DNA from: a virus
Lineage: Duplodnaviria > Caudoviricetes
Strand: one strand, 5' to 3'
DNA length: 40,813 nucleotides
IMG/VR virus record: IMGVR_UViG_3300044267_003054
Span: 1 to 40,813 of that record
This document shows, in pieces, positions 15,386 through 35,336 of the stretch. The notes under the pieces are model-generated. The model saw nothing but the letters and a program-made list of their open reading frames with translations, did not search any database and was not told where the DNA came from. The stretch's first letter is position 1. Each line of letters starts with the position of its first letter. Both the position numbers and the translations under genes were made by a program.

Positions 15386-15861
15386 TTCTTTTTGTCCTGT
15401 TGCCATGCCCGTGCCTTGGACATGGCCCTGTTCCCAAACCAGAAACTAATGATAGCACTAAATATAACGCCGTCGGTTTCCTCACGCCACGCCATGTCTA
15501 TGGCTACCGTCCAGTCTAAATTCTGCACGGCAATCATGGCGTAGATCATCGCCCCCTTTGTCGAGAGGTAGGCGAGGACGAACATGTAAGTGAGAACAGG
15601 ACGGACAGAACCGCGAAGGCCGTTGATAAATCCGCCAGCATCGATAGATTGGTCATGCTCATATAGTCCTTTCGTCTCTTCGATCTCGGCCTGGGCATCT
15701 AACTCTGCCAGCTTCAGCTTCGACATCTGATCGGCATACTTTGCCTTGGCTTCCAGCATCTTCAACTGGTGTGCGTCTGCCTGCTTCTGCTTAAAAATTC
15801 CTATGACTTCAGGGATAATGGAAGTGCCGAACCCGAGAAGGCTACCCAGTAAAGATATCAT
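15382..15861 (-). CDS. Holin-like membrane protein (3TM/GTA-holin type)
   Basis: N-terminal amphipathic segment, coiled coil, SVRP.LTY TM, IISFWFG.R C-terminal signature. Confidence 0.65.
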   Translation of the reverse strand: MISLLGSLLGFGTSIIPEVIGIFKQKQADAHQLKMLEAKAKYADQMSKLKLAELDAQAEIEETKGLYEHDQSIDAGGFINGLRGSVRPVLTYMFVLAYLSTKGAMIYAMIAVQNLDWTVAIDMAWREETDGVIFSAIISFWFGNRAMSKARAWQQDKKK

Positions 15862-15868
15862 TCACCAC

Positions 15869-15994
15869 CTACCTTGACTCGTCCAGGTTGATAACGCCCG
15901 ATGGAAATGGAAGCGGTATGTGCATACGGCACCCCTCCATAATTAAGATGGCCGCTACTGCTGCCCCCATAATAAACATGCTTGACGGACTCAT
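15869..15994 (-). CDS. Small hydrophobic, possibly lipoprotein-like peptide (41 aa, absent from the ORF track)
   Basis: MSPSSMFIMGAAVAAILIMEGCRMHIPLPFPSGVINLDESR; ATGA coupling; fills the gap between flanking genes. Confidence 0.45.
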   Translation of the reverse strand: MSPSSMFIMGAAVAAILIMEGCRMHIPLPFPSGVINLDESR

Positions 15995-16530
15995 ATGCTG
16001 CCCCCTTTTTGTGCGGCCCAGTACAAGAGGTAGACAAGGCCCGTCGCTATCATAACAATAATGATGGCTTTCCCCGCCTCTTCCAGAATCTTGCGAAGGA
16101 GATGACGGTCATGCTCTGCCTTGGCCTTGGCTGCGGCTTCCTTCTTCTTGTCCTCCTCCTCCCGTACCTTTAATCTTTTCTCCCGCTCATCAACGATAGC
16201 CTGCCATGTGCCACGCCCCCACTTGTTGTCTATCTCCGTGGCTAAATTCTTGCGGGCAATTTCATTTTGTTTCTCGGCGAGAACGTCATTGGCTACCGAC
16301 GCGATAGATGTATCATCTACCTCTGTCTCACCAGTCCTCATTCTCAGGATCTGCTCCATGCGCGTCTTTGGCTTCTTAACTTTCGTGGACTGTTCCTTCT
16401 TTGCCTTGGCATATTCCTGTTCGTTATGCCACAGGTCCTGCAAAGAATGGCTTAGTTCCTGTACAGATTTGGCGGTGGAGACAGCAGCCTTCGCTGCCCC
16501 GAGGGCAACACCTATGCTGATAGGGTCCAT
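15991..16530 (-). CDS. Coiled-coil membrane protein
   Basis: MDPIS..A.. N-terminus, WG...W, coiled coil, C-terminal TM helix. Confidence 0.7.
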   Translation of the reverse strand: MDPISIGVALGAAKAAVSTAKSVQELSHSLQDLWHNEQEYAKAKKEQSTKVKKPKTRMEQILRMRTGETEVDDTSIASVANDVLAEKQNEIARKNLATEIDNKWGRGTWQAIVDEREKRLKVREEEDKKKEAAAKAKAEHDRHLLRKILEEAGKAIIIVMIATGLVYLLYWAAQKGGSI

Positions 16531-16531
16531 C

Positions 16532-17008
16532 CTAACCTCCTCCGGTTCCTAATAAACCGCGCTGCTTATCCTTTAATGTTTCGACATCGGTGCGTAAAGT
16601 CTTCACGTCTTCCTGTAGACGCTTAATGTTAACGCCGTTGCTCATGCCTTCTTCAATGCGAGACTGTATCTTTTCGACCTGACCGCTGAGGTGCTCTATC
16701 AAAAGATATTGTTCTTGATCCGCACTGGCCTGACCCAGTTCTCCCCTCGGCCACTTAATTCTAAACTCGTTGTTCTTATCTATAGACGCCTTTAATTCTT
16801 TCAACCCTGTTTCCAGGTCTTTCTGCACCAGCTTCTCAAATGTTTCTAATTTATTCAGGCGCTCCACTACACCGAAATATCCCCATACCCCTACAGACAC
16901 CGCTGCTACTATAGAGATAAGGTTGCGGATGGGCATAGAAATAGCCGAGCTATCACTTACCCTTATCTGATCGCTCCCTCTTCTGCCTCTCCCCGATTCT
17001 TCCGCCAT
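16532..17008 (-). CDS. Membrane-anchored coiled-coil protein (possible spanin-like lysis accessory)
   Basis: I.MP.RNLISIV TM, EFRIKWPRG, D.EQ..L, long heptad repeats. Confidence 0.65.
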   Translation of the reverse strand: MAEESGRGRRGSDQIRVSDSSAISMPIRNLISIVAAVSVGVWGYFGVVERLNKLETFEKLVQKDLETGLKELKASIDKNNEFRIKWPRGELGQASADQEQYLLIEHLSGQVEKIQSRIEEGMSNGVNIKRLQEDVKTLRTDVETLKDKQRGLLGTGGG

Positions 17009-17329
17009 CTATTTTCCCAGGTGCTCCACAGGCAACCACTTCTTTCCGTCTTGACCTGTGTCATATTTACGCAGCACCAGCTTTCCTTTCGCACATTCCC
17101 ATCTTGTCCCAACAGAGTGGCCCTGGCTGCGCAATATCTTGCGCTTAACCTTTAAGCATTCAGCCATGCCGCCTCTCGGGGTGTATTCTGTTAACTGACC
17201 TGAGACAAACATATGAAGTATCCAGCCAGCGAATACTTTCTCGTCGGCTACTGCTTTACTGGAACCATATGTGATACACAAGCAGACCAATAATAATGAG
17301 CTTGCCGTAGTCCAAATTGAATACCGCAT
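17009..17329 (-). CDS. Hypothetical exported protein
   Basis: Signal-peptide-like N-terminus; M.ECL..KR...R....W.C motif. Confidence 0.6.
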   Translation of the reverse strand: MRYSIWTTASSLLLVCLCITYGSSKAVADEKVFAGWILHMFVSGQLTEYTPRGGMAECLKVKRKILRSQGHSVGTRWECAKGKLVLRKYDTGQDGKKWLPVEHLGK

Positions 17330-17374
17330 TGTTACCCCCTATGGAGTCCTCAAACCATCTTAATATTCTGTCCA

Positions 17375-17713
17375 TCACTTCTTTCCGTTGGCCATGTATG
17401 CGGTCATGCCCATGTACGCACCAACCACACCAGCCATAGCAACATAGAAAAGGCTAGAAAGATTACCCAATAACTGAACCCGATCATCAGGAACAAAAGG
17501 CATGAAGACAACAACAGTAAACAAAAGCATAGAGACCAGAGCAGTCCATGCCATGTGCCTTTGGGCGTCAGCCTTTTCCTCTGCCGTCGAGGCTTCGTGA
17601 ATTGCTTTGACGGTAGCGAGTTCAGCATCACTAACCACACCATCCCCGTCAAGATCATACTCCTCATACAAGCTATCGTGCTGTAAAGATTTCTTGCCTT
17701 TGTCTACCATCAT
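17375..17713 (-). CDS. EF-hand two-TM membrane protein (holin candidate)
   Basis: DLDGDGVVSDAEL canonical EF-hand loop followed by two TM helices; coupled to the endolysin. Confidence 0.7.
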   Translation of the reverse strand: MMVDKGKKSLQHDSLYEEYDLDGDGVVSDAELATVKAIHEASTAEEKADAQRHMAWTALVSMLLFTVVVFMPFVPDDRVQLLGNLSSLFYVAMAGVVGAYMGMTAYMANGKK

Positions 17714-18155
17714 AACGATCCTTGGTGGTAATTCTTTCCATCAAATATTAACACCTCCCCACGGTTGCCCTCATCCTTATAGGAGCAATGGACCCACCCC
17801 GAGTTAGGCTCCCCCTCTTCATAGTATTCCAGGATAAGCTGGTCGAACGATAGATTGTTTGCAATCCACGCAGCCAACTCCTTGTTGTCTACACCCATGA
17901 CCTCAAAGTCTGCGGCCTCTCCCTTGGCGTGTTGACTGGTAGGCTTCGACCCTATTGCCTCGCACAACTCAGGGCTCCTGAACCCTGACGATGGAGTCAG
18001 CGGACCAAACTCTGAGCGCACATGGTCAAGCACGTTGAGGCAAAGATTTGTTAGGCACTGAAGCTGCTCCTCGTCTGGAGAATTGTCGATGCCCATACGC
18101 AAAGCCGTCTGGCTCTTGGTCATTTCCTGTAGTGAAAAATATTCAGATAGCTTCA

Positions 18156-18156
<1 letters not shown>
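17710..18156 (-). CDS. Endolysin, peptidase M15A family
   Basis: LS.YFSL.E...S.TA.R.GIDN.P, SSGFRS, SQH..GEAAD, FDQLI.E, WVH.S. Confidence 0.9.
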
Positions 18157-28148
<9,992 letters not shown>

Positions 28149-28152
28149 TCAT

Positions 28153-31100
28153 TTAATCCGTTCTTATAATGTTTCCATCGGGGTCCTTCTTAAAAGCCCC
28201 AGCAATATTACCCACACTTCCTAAATCCTTCGGCGCAGCAGAAGATAGTGACTGGTCTCTTTTGGTTCTCCATGCCGCCCATGCTGCACGGGCCGCAGGC
28301 ACGGATTTAATTGCCTTGGCCTTTGCCTTATCGTCATCCCCATCGCCTAGTTTGGCCCCCCGCTTGGGCTCCCCTGTAACTTCATCTATAACAACCTCAA
28401 ACCATCCAGCTTCGTCACTGCCAATGTCAGGGGTGGTATTCGGGATAGCGGTTACAGCCAACTCGTTGTACCTTTTGGTAACTGCCGACACATCAGCGGC
28501 CCTCATCTGTCCTCTGTTTGTCGAGGCCTTGCCCATCGTGTTGAATATTAGATCAATAGTGGATGGGTTTGGAATCCAGTCACCATCGGCGTTTGTTTTC
28601 CCAAGCATAGCAGCAGAGTCGCTCTCGCTAAGGTAGCCAATGATATCCTGAAGCATCCCTTGCTGTCCCGTCTTCTTGCCAAGGGCCCCCGCTTGCGCTT
28701 TACGGAATGCATCCAAGCTCGCCAACTCTGCCTTCTTCTGTCTGCGGTCTGCTTCCTTCTGTCCTATCGTGTCTTTCCAATGCTGAGACTGAGCCTCCCA
28801 GGATTTAATGCGCCCTTCGGCAGTCATGGCCTCAGTGTCCGCACGGCGACTGGCTATATCCAGTTCAGCCTGCTTCGCCACCATATTCATCATGGCCTTC
28901 TGCTGGTCTGCTGTCTGCTTCTGGAATTGAGCATCTGCTGCCCGTCCTCCAGCTATACCAGCGCCTAGAGCCTGACCGAAGTTTGGGCTCTGGCTTCCAA
29001 GCATCGCTGCGCTTGCACCAAGCAACGCATTAGATATGCGCTCGTTCTTATTCTTGGCTGTGTAATCTGCCATGAGATCTTTGTATTGCTCGACCAATGT
29101 CTTGGGCTTGGCCGCAGCCGCTTGCGGTGGCGCGGGAGTTGTCTTGCCTGCACCCATTAACGCATTTCTTTCGGCAGCGAGGTTGTCTATGGTCACGCCT
29201 GACCGGAGTGCTGCGGGCCGAGGCGTTGTGCTCGCCTGCGCCAAGAGCCTCTCTCCTCCGGGGGGAGCCACAAGATCTAGTGCTGCTGCCTGCATTGCCC
29301 GTGCTGTGGTTGCGGCGTTGCTCTGGGGTCTAGCTGCAACATTTTTCACTGCCCTCTTTACAGCCTGAGAGGTGTTTGCTGGTGGAGAAGCTGCTGCCAT
29401 GGCTGGTGCTTGCTGGCTTAACGGAGATCCCTCGGGGTTTTCTGCCAGTTGCGCTTGTAATTCTGCAAACTCACTGTTAGGCCCTCCTGGCATATTAGCA
29501 TTGGTTATGTCTGCCATAGTCGCCCTAATAATATCTTCTCTAGTACCACTAGGTGCCGCTTCTTCATCAAGCCCCGCCGTCGCATCAAAGCTCTCTACTG
29601 AATAGTCAGGAGACGCTGCCATCTCTGCCATTATGTTCGCCATTCTTTCGGGATCTCCTCCATATGCAGGAGGCACATCACCAGACCCTCGAACCTCGGC
29701 TAGAAGTTTTGCCTGAAGCGCTGCTCCTTTTTCTGTGGAAGGAGGAAAGGCTGAATCAAGAAGAGAAGGCCGAGATGCTTCAGCATCAGCAGACTCCAGG
29801 GGATCACCGAAGAATCCAGTACGAACAGGACCTCCAATAGCTTCGATCTGATCTTTGTATCTTTGCACAGCTTGATGCGCTTTGAATATGGGAAGAGGAG
29901 TCCCAGCTTCCTGGGATGGGGCACCCGGAGTGAGGGCATCTCTCGCCTTAGCTGCGGCTCCTGAAAGTAAATCACCCAAACCACCAACAGTGGACCTCAC
30001 ATCCTGCAATGCCTGGGCACCACCCGTGAAGCCTTGAAGTGGTCTGTTTGTAACTTGGTAAGGGTAATCACCACCTGCTGCAAAGACACGATCCGTTATG
30101 CTGTCTGCACGCTTTACTGTGTCCGCTTTAGCTATGGTATGCTGATCCTGACTGGCCTCATCCGCCCTCTGAGAAAAGGTAGGAATTGGAGGGACGCCCA
30201 AGGGCTGAGTAGGATCACGCGCTGCCGGGGTTCCGTCAGCGAGCGCAAGGTTCATGGCCGGGATTGTTGGAGCCACATCAGAAGCGGCTACCACCTCATC
30301 GGATACTTCTGTCCCATCGCCTACAGTTTTAGATTGCTCGAACTCGCTAACAAACTCACCCGGCGTGCCTAGTCCCAAGAGGTTAATCAGGTTCTTCTGC
30401 TTCTCTGCTTGAGGCCGTAAACCAAGCTCGCTCTCTTGCGCAATCAAGTCCTCAGTTGTCATCATGGGTGTGGGCGGAACTTGGCCAAGCCTCCGTCGAT
30501 TATTGTAAATGCGAGACAGCGCTTGCATGGCACCTAAGTCTGTGTACGCACCCATTTGTGCCTTAACAACTCCCCCTTCATCGAATAGCTGTTGCACTCC
30601 CTGCTGGGCGTTGACTTGATTAGACTGTGCTTTTATGGGGTCGAAGATCGGGTCGAATCTTGGGCCTCCCTTACCAGGGAATCCGCCGCCAAATCCTGGT
30701 CGCGCCTGCTGAGGAGGGGCGATAGATTTCATTGCCAGCCCTACTTCATGGTTAGCTCGACCCAGAACATCTCTGGCTTGTCCCAGTTCCTCATGGGCCT
30801 CACCCACTACATCATAAAAGTTGGGCCTGTCGGGCCTTGTGTCCCCATGCCCTGGAGGGGGCATAGAGTCTCTTCGGCCTGAAGCCCGATCTTGATAAGG
30901 ACGAGACGCCATAGACTGTACTAAGCCGCCAGTAAACATCCGTGCGGGCTGTTGCTGGGGCATCTGCGAAAGCGCCCCTAGTCCAGCCATTGGGGGACCC
31001 CCCACAGAGGGAGAGCCCATGGGAGGTGGAGAACCAGGGGCACTTTCTTCCATCATCATGTCTTCAGCCACGGTCGTCTGAGGCTGTTCAGCCTGGGCTG

Positions 31101-31248
31101 CGGCAAAATCACTCCGCATTTCTTTCCGCCGTTGCAATTCAGTGAGGACAAGAAACTGAGGAACATTCCCTGTAGGTGTCTGCATCTCGCTAGAAAGCTG
31201 CTCGTCACTAAAATTCTTCAACAGGTTTTGAAGGCGCAAGATATTCAT
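28153..31248 (-). CDS. Internal virion/DNA ejection protein (1031 aa)
   Basis: Conserved-looking N-terminus (SDEQL..EM..PTG..P.FLV..EL.RR), low-complexity Ala/Pro/Gln body, position before the giant protein. Confidence 0.65.
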   Translation of the reverse strand: MNILRLQNLLKNFSDEQLSSEMQTPTGNVPQFLVLTELQRRKEMRSDFAAAQAEQPQTTVAEDMMMEESAPGSPPPMGSPSVGGPPMAGLGALSQMPQQQPARMFTGGLVQSMASRPYQDRASGRRDSMPPPGHGDTRPDRPNFYDVVGEAHEELGQARDVLGRANHEVGLAMKSIAPPQQARPGFGGGFPGKGGPRFDPIFDPIKAQSNQVNAQQGVQQLFDEGGVVKAQMGAYTDLGAMQALSRIYNNRRRLGQVPPTPMMTTEDLIAQESELGLRPQAEKQKNLINLLGLGTPGEFVSEFEQSKTVGDGTEVSDEVVAASDVAPTIPAMNLALADGTPAARDPTQPLGVPPIPTFSQRADEASQDQHTIAKADTVKRADSITDRVFAAGGDYPYQVTNRPLQGFTGGAQALQDVRSTVGGLGDLLSGAAAKARDALTPGAPSQEAGTPLPIFKAHQAVQRYKDQIEAIGGPVRTGFFGDPLESADAEASRPSLLDSAFPPSTEKGAALQAKLLAEVRGSGDVPPAYGGDPERMANIMAEMAASPDYSVESFDATAGLDEEAAPSGTREDIIRATMADITNANMPGGPNSEFAELQAQLAENPEGSPLSQQAPAMAAASPPANTSQAVKRAVKNVAARPQSNAATTARAMQAAALDLVAPPGGERLLAQASTTPRPAALRSGVTIDNLAAERNALMGAGKTTPAPPQAAAAKPKTLVEQYKDLMADYTAKNKNERISNALLGASAAMLGSQSPNFGQALGAGIAGGRAADAQFQKQTADQQKAMMNMVAKQAELDIASRRADTEAMTAEGRIKSWEAQSQHWKDTIGQKEADRRQKKAELASLDAFRKAQAGALGKKTGQQGMLQDIIGYLSESDSAAMLGKTNADGDWIPNPSTIDLIFNTMGKASTNRGQMRAADVSAVTKRYNELAVTAIPNTTPDIGSDEAGWFEVVIDEVTGEPKRGAKLGDGDDDKAKAKAIKSVPAARAAWAAWRTKRDQSLSSAAPKDLGSVGNIAGAFKKDPDGNIIRTD

Positions 31249-31249
31249 G

Positions 31250-32281
31250 TTACGACATCCCCTTCATTAGCCCAGCCAGTCCTAAGCCGCCGCCTACAAT
31301 CTGACCACCGAGGGACGGAGGAGGCTGATACTCCAGCACTTCAGACTGCGGACTAACAGGTACGCCGCGCAATATAGCATTGTAGAAGTTAATCATGTTC
31401 TTCGTGTAGTCACGTTGGTTAACCCAATCTTGATAGGCCAAGTCCAGGCTTGACTGATCCATTTCTTGTTGCGCTGCACCTACACCGCCGAGCGCCTCAG
31501 CCTGCGCCACCTGCTGTGCAAAGACTTTAGGGTCAAGTCCAGCCATCTGACCAGCCGCTTGCAATCCGTACTGAGCCTCTTGCAGAGATTCAGCCGCACC
31601 TGCCTGCCCTGCCTGAATACCAAGTTGAGCCTGCTGGAGTTGCCTTGCCATTTGCTGAGCGAACTGCTGCTGGGCTTGCTGTTGTGCAGTTTGATAAGCG
31701 GCGGATCGCAATCCTGCTTCTTGTTCTCCAAGTCTGCGGTCAAGCTCTGATTGCGCCTGTCCTCTTCTAAGAGCCTCACGGCTTCCACCAAACGCCCCTG
31801 AGCGGATGGCATCGGCACGGCCTTGTTGTTGCTGCTGGTTGAAAAGCCGTTGCTCCCGAGCACGCTGCTTGTCCATAACCTCCGTAAGGTATGGGTCCAT
31901 GTATTCCTGATAAGCTGTAGACGGGTCATACCGATTCGCAGCCGGATCAAACATATCCGCCATCGCACTATAGTCGGTTGCCTTAAACGCACTTGGCCCT
32001 CCTCCTTCAGGGAAAAGTCCTTGTAAGTAAGTCTGCGCGGCCTCCATGCCTTCTGGGGTCCCGCGCCCAGCAGCGGTGATATCGGCAAACGCCTCCTCTT
32101 GAAGAGGATCATACCCCTGAATCCGTGTGCCTGTGTAGGGCTGGTAATCCTGCTTCGCCTCAGTCTGCGCCCAATCCATAATGTCCTTGAAGTATGGCTC
32201 TGCATACTCAGGAAGACTGGTCTGCGTAACTGTGCTCTTAGTAGGAGCCGTTGGCTGTGGCCCGCCGCCGCCTTTACTCAT
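31250..32281 (-). CDS. Internal virion/DNA transfer (pilot) protein
   Basis: MSKGGG start, LPEYA.PY, YM.PY, GAFGGSR, Gln-rich coiled coil, C-terminal Gly-rich hydrophobic segment. Confidence 0.7.
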   Translation of the reverse strand: MSKGGGGPQPTAPTKSTVTQTSLPEYAEPYFKDIMDWAQTEAKQDYQPYTGTRIQGYDPLQEEAFADITAAGRGTPEGMEAAQTYLQGLFPEGGGPSAFKATDYSAMADMFDPAANRYDPSTAYQEYMDPYLTEVMDKQRAREQRLFNQQQQQGRADAIRSGAFGGSREALRRGQAQSELDRRLGEQEAGLRSAAYQTAQQQAQQQFAQQMARQLQQAQLGIQAGQAGAAESLQEAQYGLQAAGQMAGLDPKVFAQQVAQAEALGGVGAAQQEMDQSSLDLAYQDWVNQRDYTKNMINFYNAILRGVPVSPQSEVLEYQPPPSLGGQIVGGGLGLAGLMKGMS

Positions 32282-32687
32282 AGCTTTTCTCCATTACGGT
32301 AAACTTGGGTGACCAATCCAAGGCCTTGAGCGCTCTAGCCCAACCGTTCCTTCCCGTTAATTCAATTCCCGCACAATTATGGTCACGCCCCCACCTTCTT
32401 AAAATATCATCCAACAAACCCACCCATTCTTTCAGTCGCCCCCCTCCCAAGAACTGCCCGGTAAGCATCCGCTTCTGTGGGTAATCCGTAAAAGACGTAG
32501 TTGCTGCTGCAACAATATCATTATCATCTATGGCTATCCATAGATGAAAGACCTCTGCCTTTATAGAAACAAGGACATCGTCAGTCGTCCACCTTCCACC
32601 TGACATATCGGTCGACTTCCTAAGAAAAGGCTCAACAGTTGCCCAGACATCGTCTGCGCATTGTGGCGGGACTAAAGATATCTTCAT
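32274..32687 (-). CDS. GNAT-fold virion assembly protein (P22 gp14/T7 gp13-like position)
   Basis: LW.A, YP....L...FLGG, C..IE..GR.GW.R.L motifs. Confidence 0.7.
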   Translation of the reverse strand: MKISLVPPQCADDVWATVEPFLRKSTDMSGGRWTTDDVLVSIKAEVFHLWIAIDDNDIVAAATTSFTDYPQKRMLTGQFLGGGRLKEWVGLLDDILRRWGRDHNCAGIELTGRNGWARALKALDWSPKFTVMEKSYE

Positions 32688-35032
32688 GCTGGTAACATTG
32701 CCTGCTCATCCACACGGGATGGCTGTTGCTTAGTTCCGGTTCTTGTCTGGCGAACCCTGTCTAACATCTGATAAAGACGTTTTGCTCCAGCGTCTGAGCT
32801 TCCATCTCCTATGCCACTGACAACATCAGCGGGGATAATAAACTCTCCATCACTTACCCGAAGCTCCTGCTCTCCCTCAATAGATCCTCGAATAAGATCG
32901 TCCCTGCCTGCGCCGGGTCCCGAGATCATGCCTTCGGCAGCAATCTCTTCTGCGCCCCCTACGCTTTCCACCTGCATTTCCTGAATCACCATCTCACGCA
33001 GTCGACCGAAGCTCTCCTCACCAAACATACTAATGTATTCGGTGACAGCCTTCTCAGGTTCAGGGTGGTCGCCGCGAACAGCGGACACAGCTTGGGCCGT
33101 AACCTCCTGTGCCACGATGTCTGCATCGGGCCCAGCCTCTTGCATCATTGCGCCTACTTCCGTGAGCCCCCCTTCTTGGAACCGCTGCGTGCTAAAGAAT
33201 CTGCGCTCTGGACCCTGGCCATAGTTAGTAAGATCCACGCCGCTTAAATCTTCTCTAGCCATGCGTTGGTATCTGGGGTCAAGCTTGGCAGTTTTCTTAA
33301 ACTCGCCCGGTGTTTTTATTGGTGGCACAAAAGGCATCATCATGTCGGTCACTGCACCAGACCCAAGGCCCAGCCCCGCTGCACCCATCAGAGCGTCCCC
33401 ACCGGGAAGCTGGCCAGGAGTTAAAGTTTTAGGAAAGTAACTTTCTGCCCCAGCAAAGAAACCGTCTTTCCCTGCGGTTGTCGCAGCGGTGCCCAGTTTG
33501 TTTAGCCCGTAACTTCCAAGCCCCGCCAACAGTCCAGACGTTAATCCTTTCTGAAGAGCATTCTGATCACCTCTTATCTTTGACTCGGCAAACTGGCCGA
33601 TACCAGAACCAAGCCCCTGCATAACAAATGGATTAATCGCACCCCCTGTAAAAGGCGCAAAGGCAAGACCTGCAAGAGATCCAAGAAGAGAGCCCATAAA
33701 GTTCTCAGGCAGTCCAGTCTGAGGATTGCGCGTTACACCACCAAGAGCCTGCAACCCTGCAACCTCATCGGGTCGCATGTGCACTAGCATGGTGTCGCCG
33801 CCTCTACCCTGAGCGGCCACATTCCTTGCTTGATTTGGTAGGTCCATTAGTCCTCCTCTCTGCGCTGTCCGCGCAAAATTCGTATAGGTGTACCCGGCCT
33901 GAGTCGGGTCAAATCCAGGGGGCAATGCCATAAGCCCGGTTGTCGGGGCGGCAGCAAAAGACGGCCCTTCTGCAACAGGAGCAGGAGCCGCAGGGGTTGT
34001 GCTCAATGGCATCATCGGTGGTTCCGGGTCATTCGTTTCCGGGTCTGGATCACGCTGACCACCAGTTCCCTTCTGTCCTTTCGTCGTCGGACTCACTTGC
34101 GCCATAGTTTTCGGCGCTGCTTGCGGCGTTAGCAGATCTGCAATAGCCTGCGGAGTATCTTTAGTAAGAAAGTCATAAAAGTTATCTAAACTTTTATCGA
34201 TAAATTGTCCCGTAGACCCACCTATATAATCGGATGCGGGTTGGTCTGGCGGCGGTGCCGCTGCAACGGTGACATCTGGCTGCTCCATGGGGGAAAGATT
34301 TACCGTAGGCGCAGGAGAAGCCCCCCTTGCCGCTGGGGCAACACTAGCAGCGTCTCGCGCAGCACGGGCCGCTGGGCTCGGAGTAGAAATTGGCGGTGCC
34401 ATGGGGGCAGCGGGCGCAGCGGGGGTCGCCACGTTGTTCGTCCTGGACGAAAGAGCCACGGCTATCTCAGGAGGCATAGCCACAGGCGCGGATGGAGCAG
34501 ACGGAGGACCAAGCATAGCAACCAGTCCAGGATCGGGGCTTGGAAGTCCCCGATCTATTGTCATGGGACTAACAGGAGCAGGAGCAGGAGCAGGAGCAGG
34601 CTCGGCCAACATATTGTTTGGGGCTGCGGGCCCCGCAGTATTACTTAGAGGATTCGTTTTCCCTAACGTATTGACAGCGGTATTCATAGCACTAAGAGCT
34701 TTACCGGCTGTTCCGAAAGCTTGACTTGCCCCCATTGAAAGCCCAGCACCAAGATATTCTCCGTAAGTTTTCGGCAGCAAAAATTCGAGCAATGGGCCAA
34801 CAAGTGGAACTTTCCCCATAGTACGAGCAAAGCGAGTAGGAAGATTGGGATCGGGATCAGGTATTCCCATATCTTTGAATGTCCTAACCCCTCCACGAAA
34901 ATCTCGCGGGGTAAGCGACATTACATAATCGTAGTCATTACCAAGATCCTGAAGGCCACCTGACGGCGCTGGCCCAAAGTCGGCCATGCTGACATCATGT
35001 TCATCCATGTAGCCGTCGTCCATCTCAGCCAT
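32684..35032 (-). CDS. Internal virion protein (782 aa), Pro/Ala-rich
   Basis: GRGGDT.LVH....E...L...G..T.NP.TGLPE motif and C-terminal GPG.G..D.I...SDGEF.IPADVV..G.GSS.AGA..L motif. Confidence 0.7.
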   Translation of the reverse strand: MAEMDDGYMDEHDVSMADFGPAPSGGLQDLGNDYDYVMSLTPRDFRGGVRTFKDMGIPDPDPNLPTRFARTMGKVPLVGPLLEFLLPKTYGEYLGAGLSMGASQAFGTAGKALSAMNTAVNTLGKTNPLSNTAGPAAPNNMLAEPAPAPAPAPVSPMTIDRGLPSPDPGLVAMLGPPSAPSAPVAMPPEIAVALSSRTNNVATPAAPAAPMAPPISTPSPAARAARDAASVAPAARGASPAPTVNLSPMEQPDVTVAAAPPPDQPASDYIGGSTGQFIDKSLDNFYDFLTKDTPQAIADLLTPQAAPKTMAQVSPTTKGQKGTGGQRDPDPETNDPEPPMMPLSTTPAAPAPVAEGPSFAAAPTTGLMALPPGFDPTQAGYTYTNFARTAQRGGLMDLPNQARNVAAQGRGGDTMLVHMRPDEVAGLQALGGVTRNPQTGLPENFMGSLLGSLAGLAFAPFTGGAINPFVMQGLGSGIGQFAESKIRGDQNALQKGLTSGLLAGLGSYGLNKLGTAATTAGKDGFFAGAESYFPKTLTPGQLPGGDALMGAAGLGLGSGAVTDMMMPFVPPIKTPGEFKKTAKLDPRYQRMAREDLSGVDLTNYGQGPERRFFSTQRFQEGGLTEVGAMMQEAGPDADIVAQEVTAQAVSAVRGDHPEPEKAVTEYISMFGEESFGRLREMVIQEMQVESVGGAEEIAAEGMISGPGAGRDDLIRGSIEGEQELRVSDGEFIIPADVVSGIGDGSSDAGAKRLYQMLDRVRQTRTGTKQQPSRVDEQAMLPA

Positions 35033-35039
35033 AATCCAC

Positions 35040-35336
35040 CTACGATGTCGTAACTGTTACTGTGCCAATGCTTGCGCCCACCAATAAGCTCGGCGCATAT
35101 CCCACATTACTTAATACAACCTTCAGCGTACCCTGATCGTTGTACACCGTTCCAGTTTCCAGCTTGTTCCCGTTAGTGGGAAGCTCCGTGAGAACAAGGG
35201 TGGTCCCGCGCAGGGGGCCTGGGTTTAACTGCTGGTCGACAAACACCGACAGCGTTCTTACTAGGTCATCAAAATAAACCCGCTGATATTCTTCTGGGGC
35301 CAGCGGGAATACAGGGCGAGATGGAGATTCCGTCAT
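35040..35336 (-). CDS. Small structural (tail-associated) protein
   Basis: P.AP.EY......L, LPT....L..G.VY...G.LK motifs; coupled to the nozzle gene. Confidence 0.65.
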   Translation of the reverse strand: MTESPSRPVFPLAPEEYQRVYFDDLVRTLSVFVDQQLNPGPLRGTTLVLTELPTNGNKLETGTVYNDQGTLKVVLSNVGYAPSLLVGASIGTVTVTTS

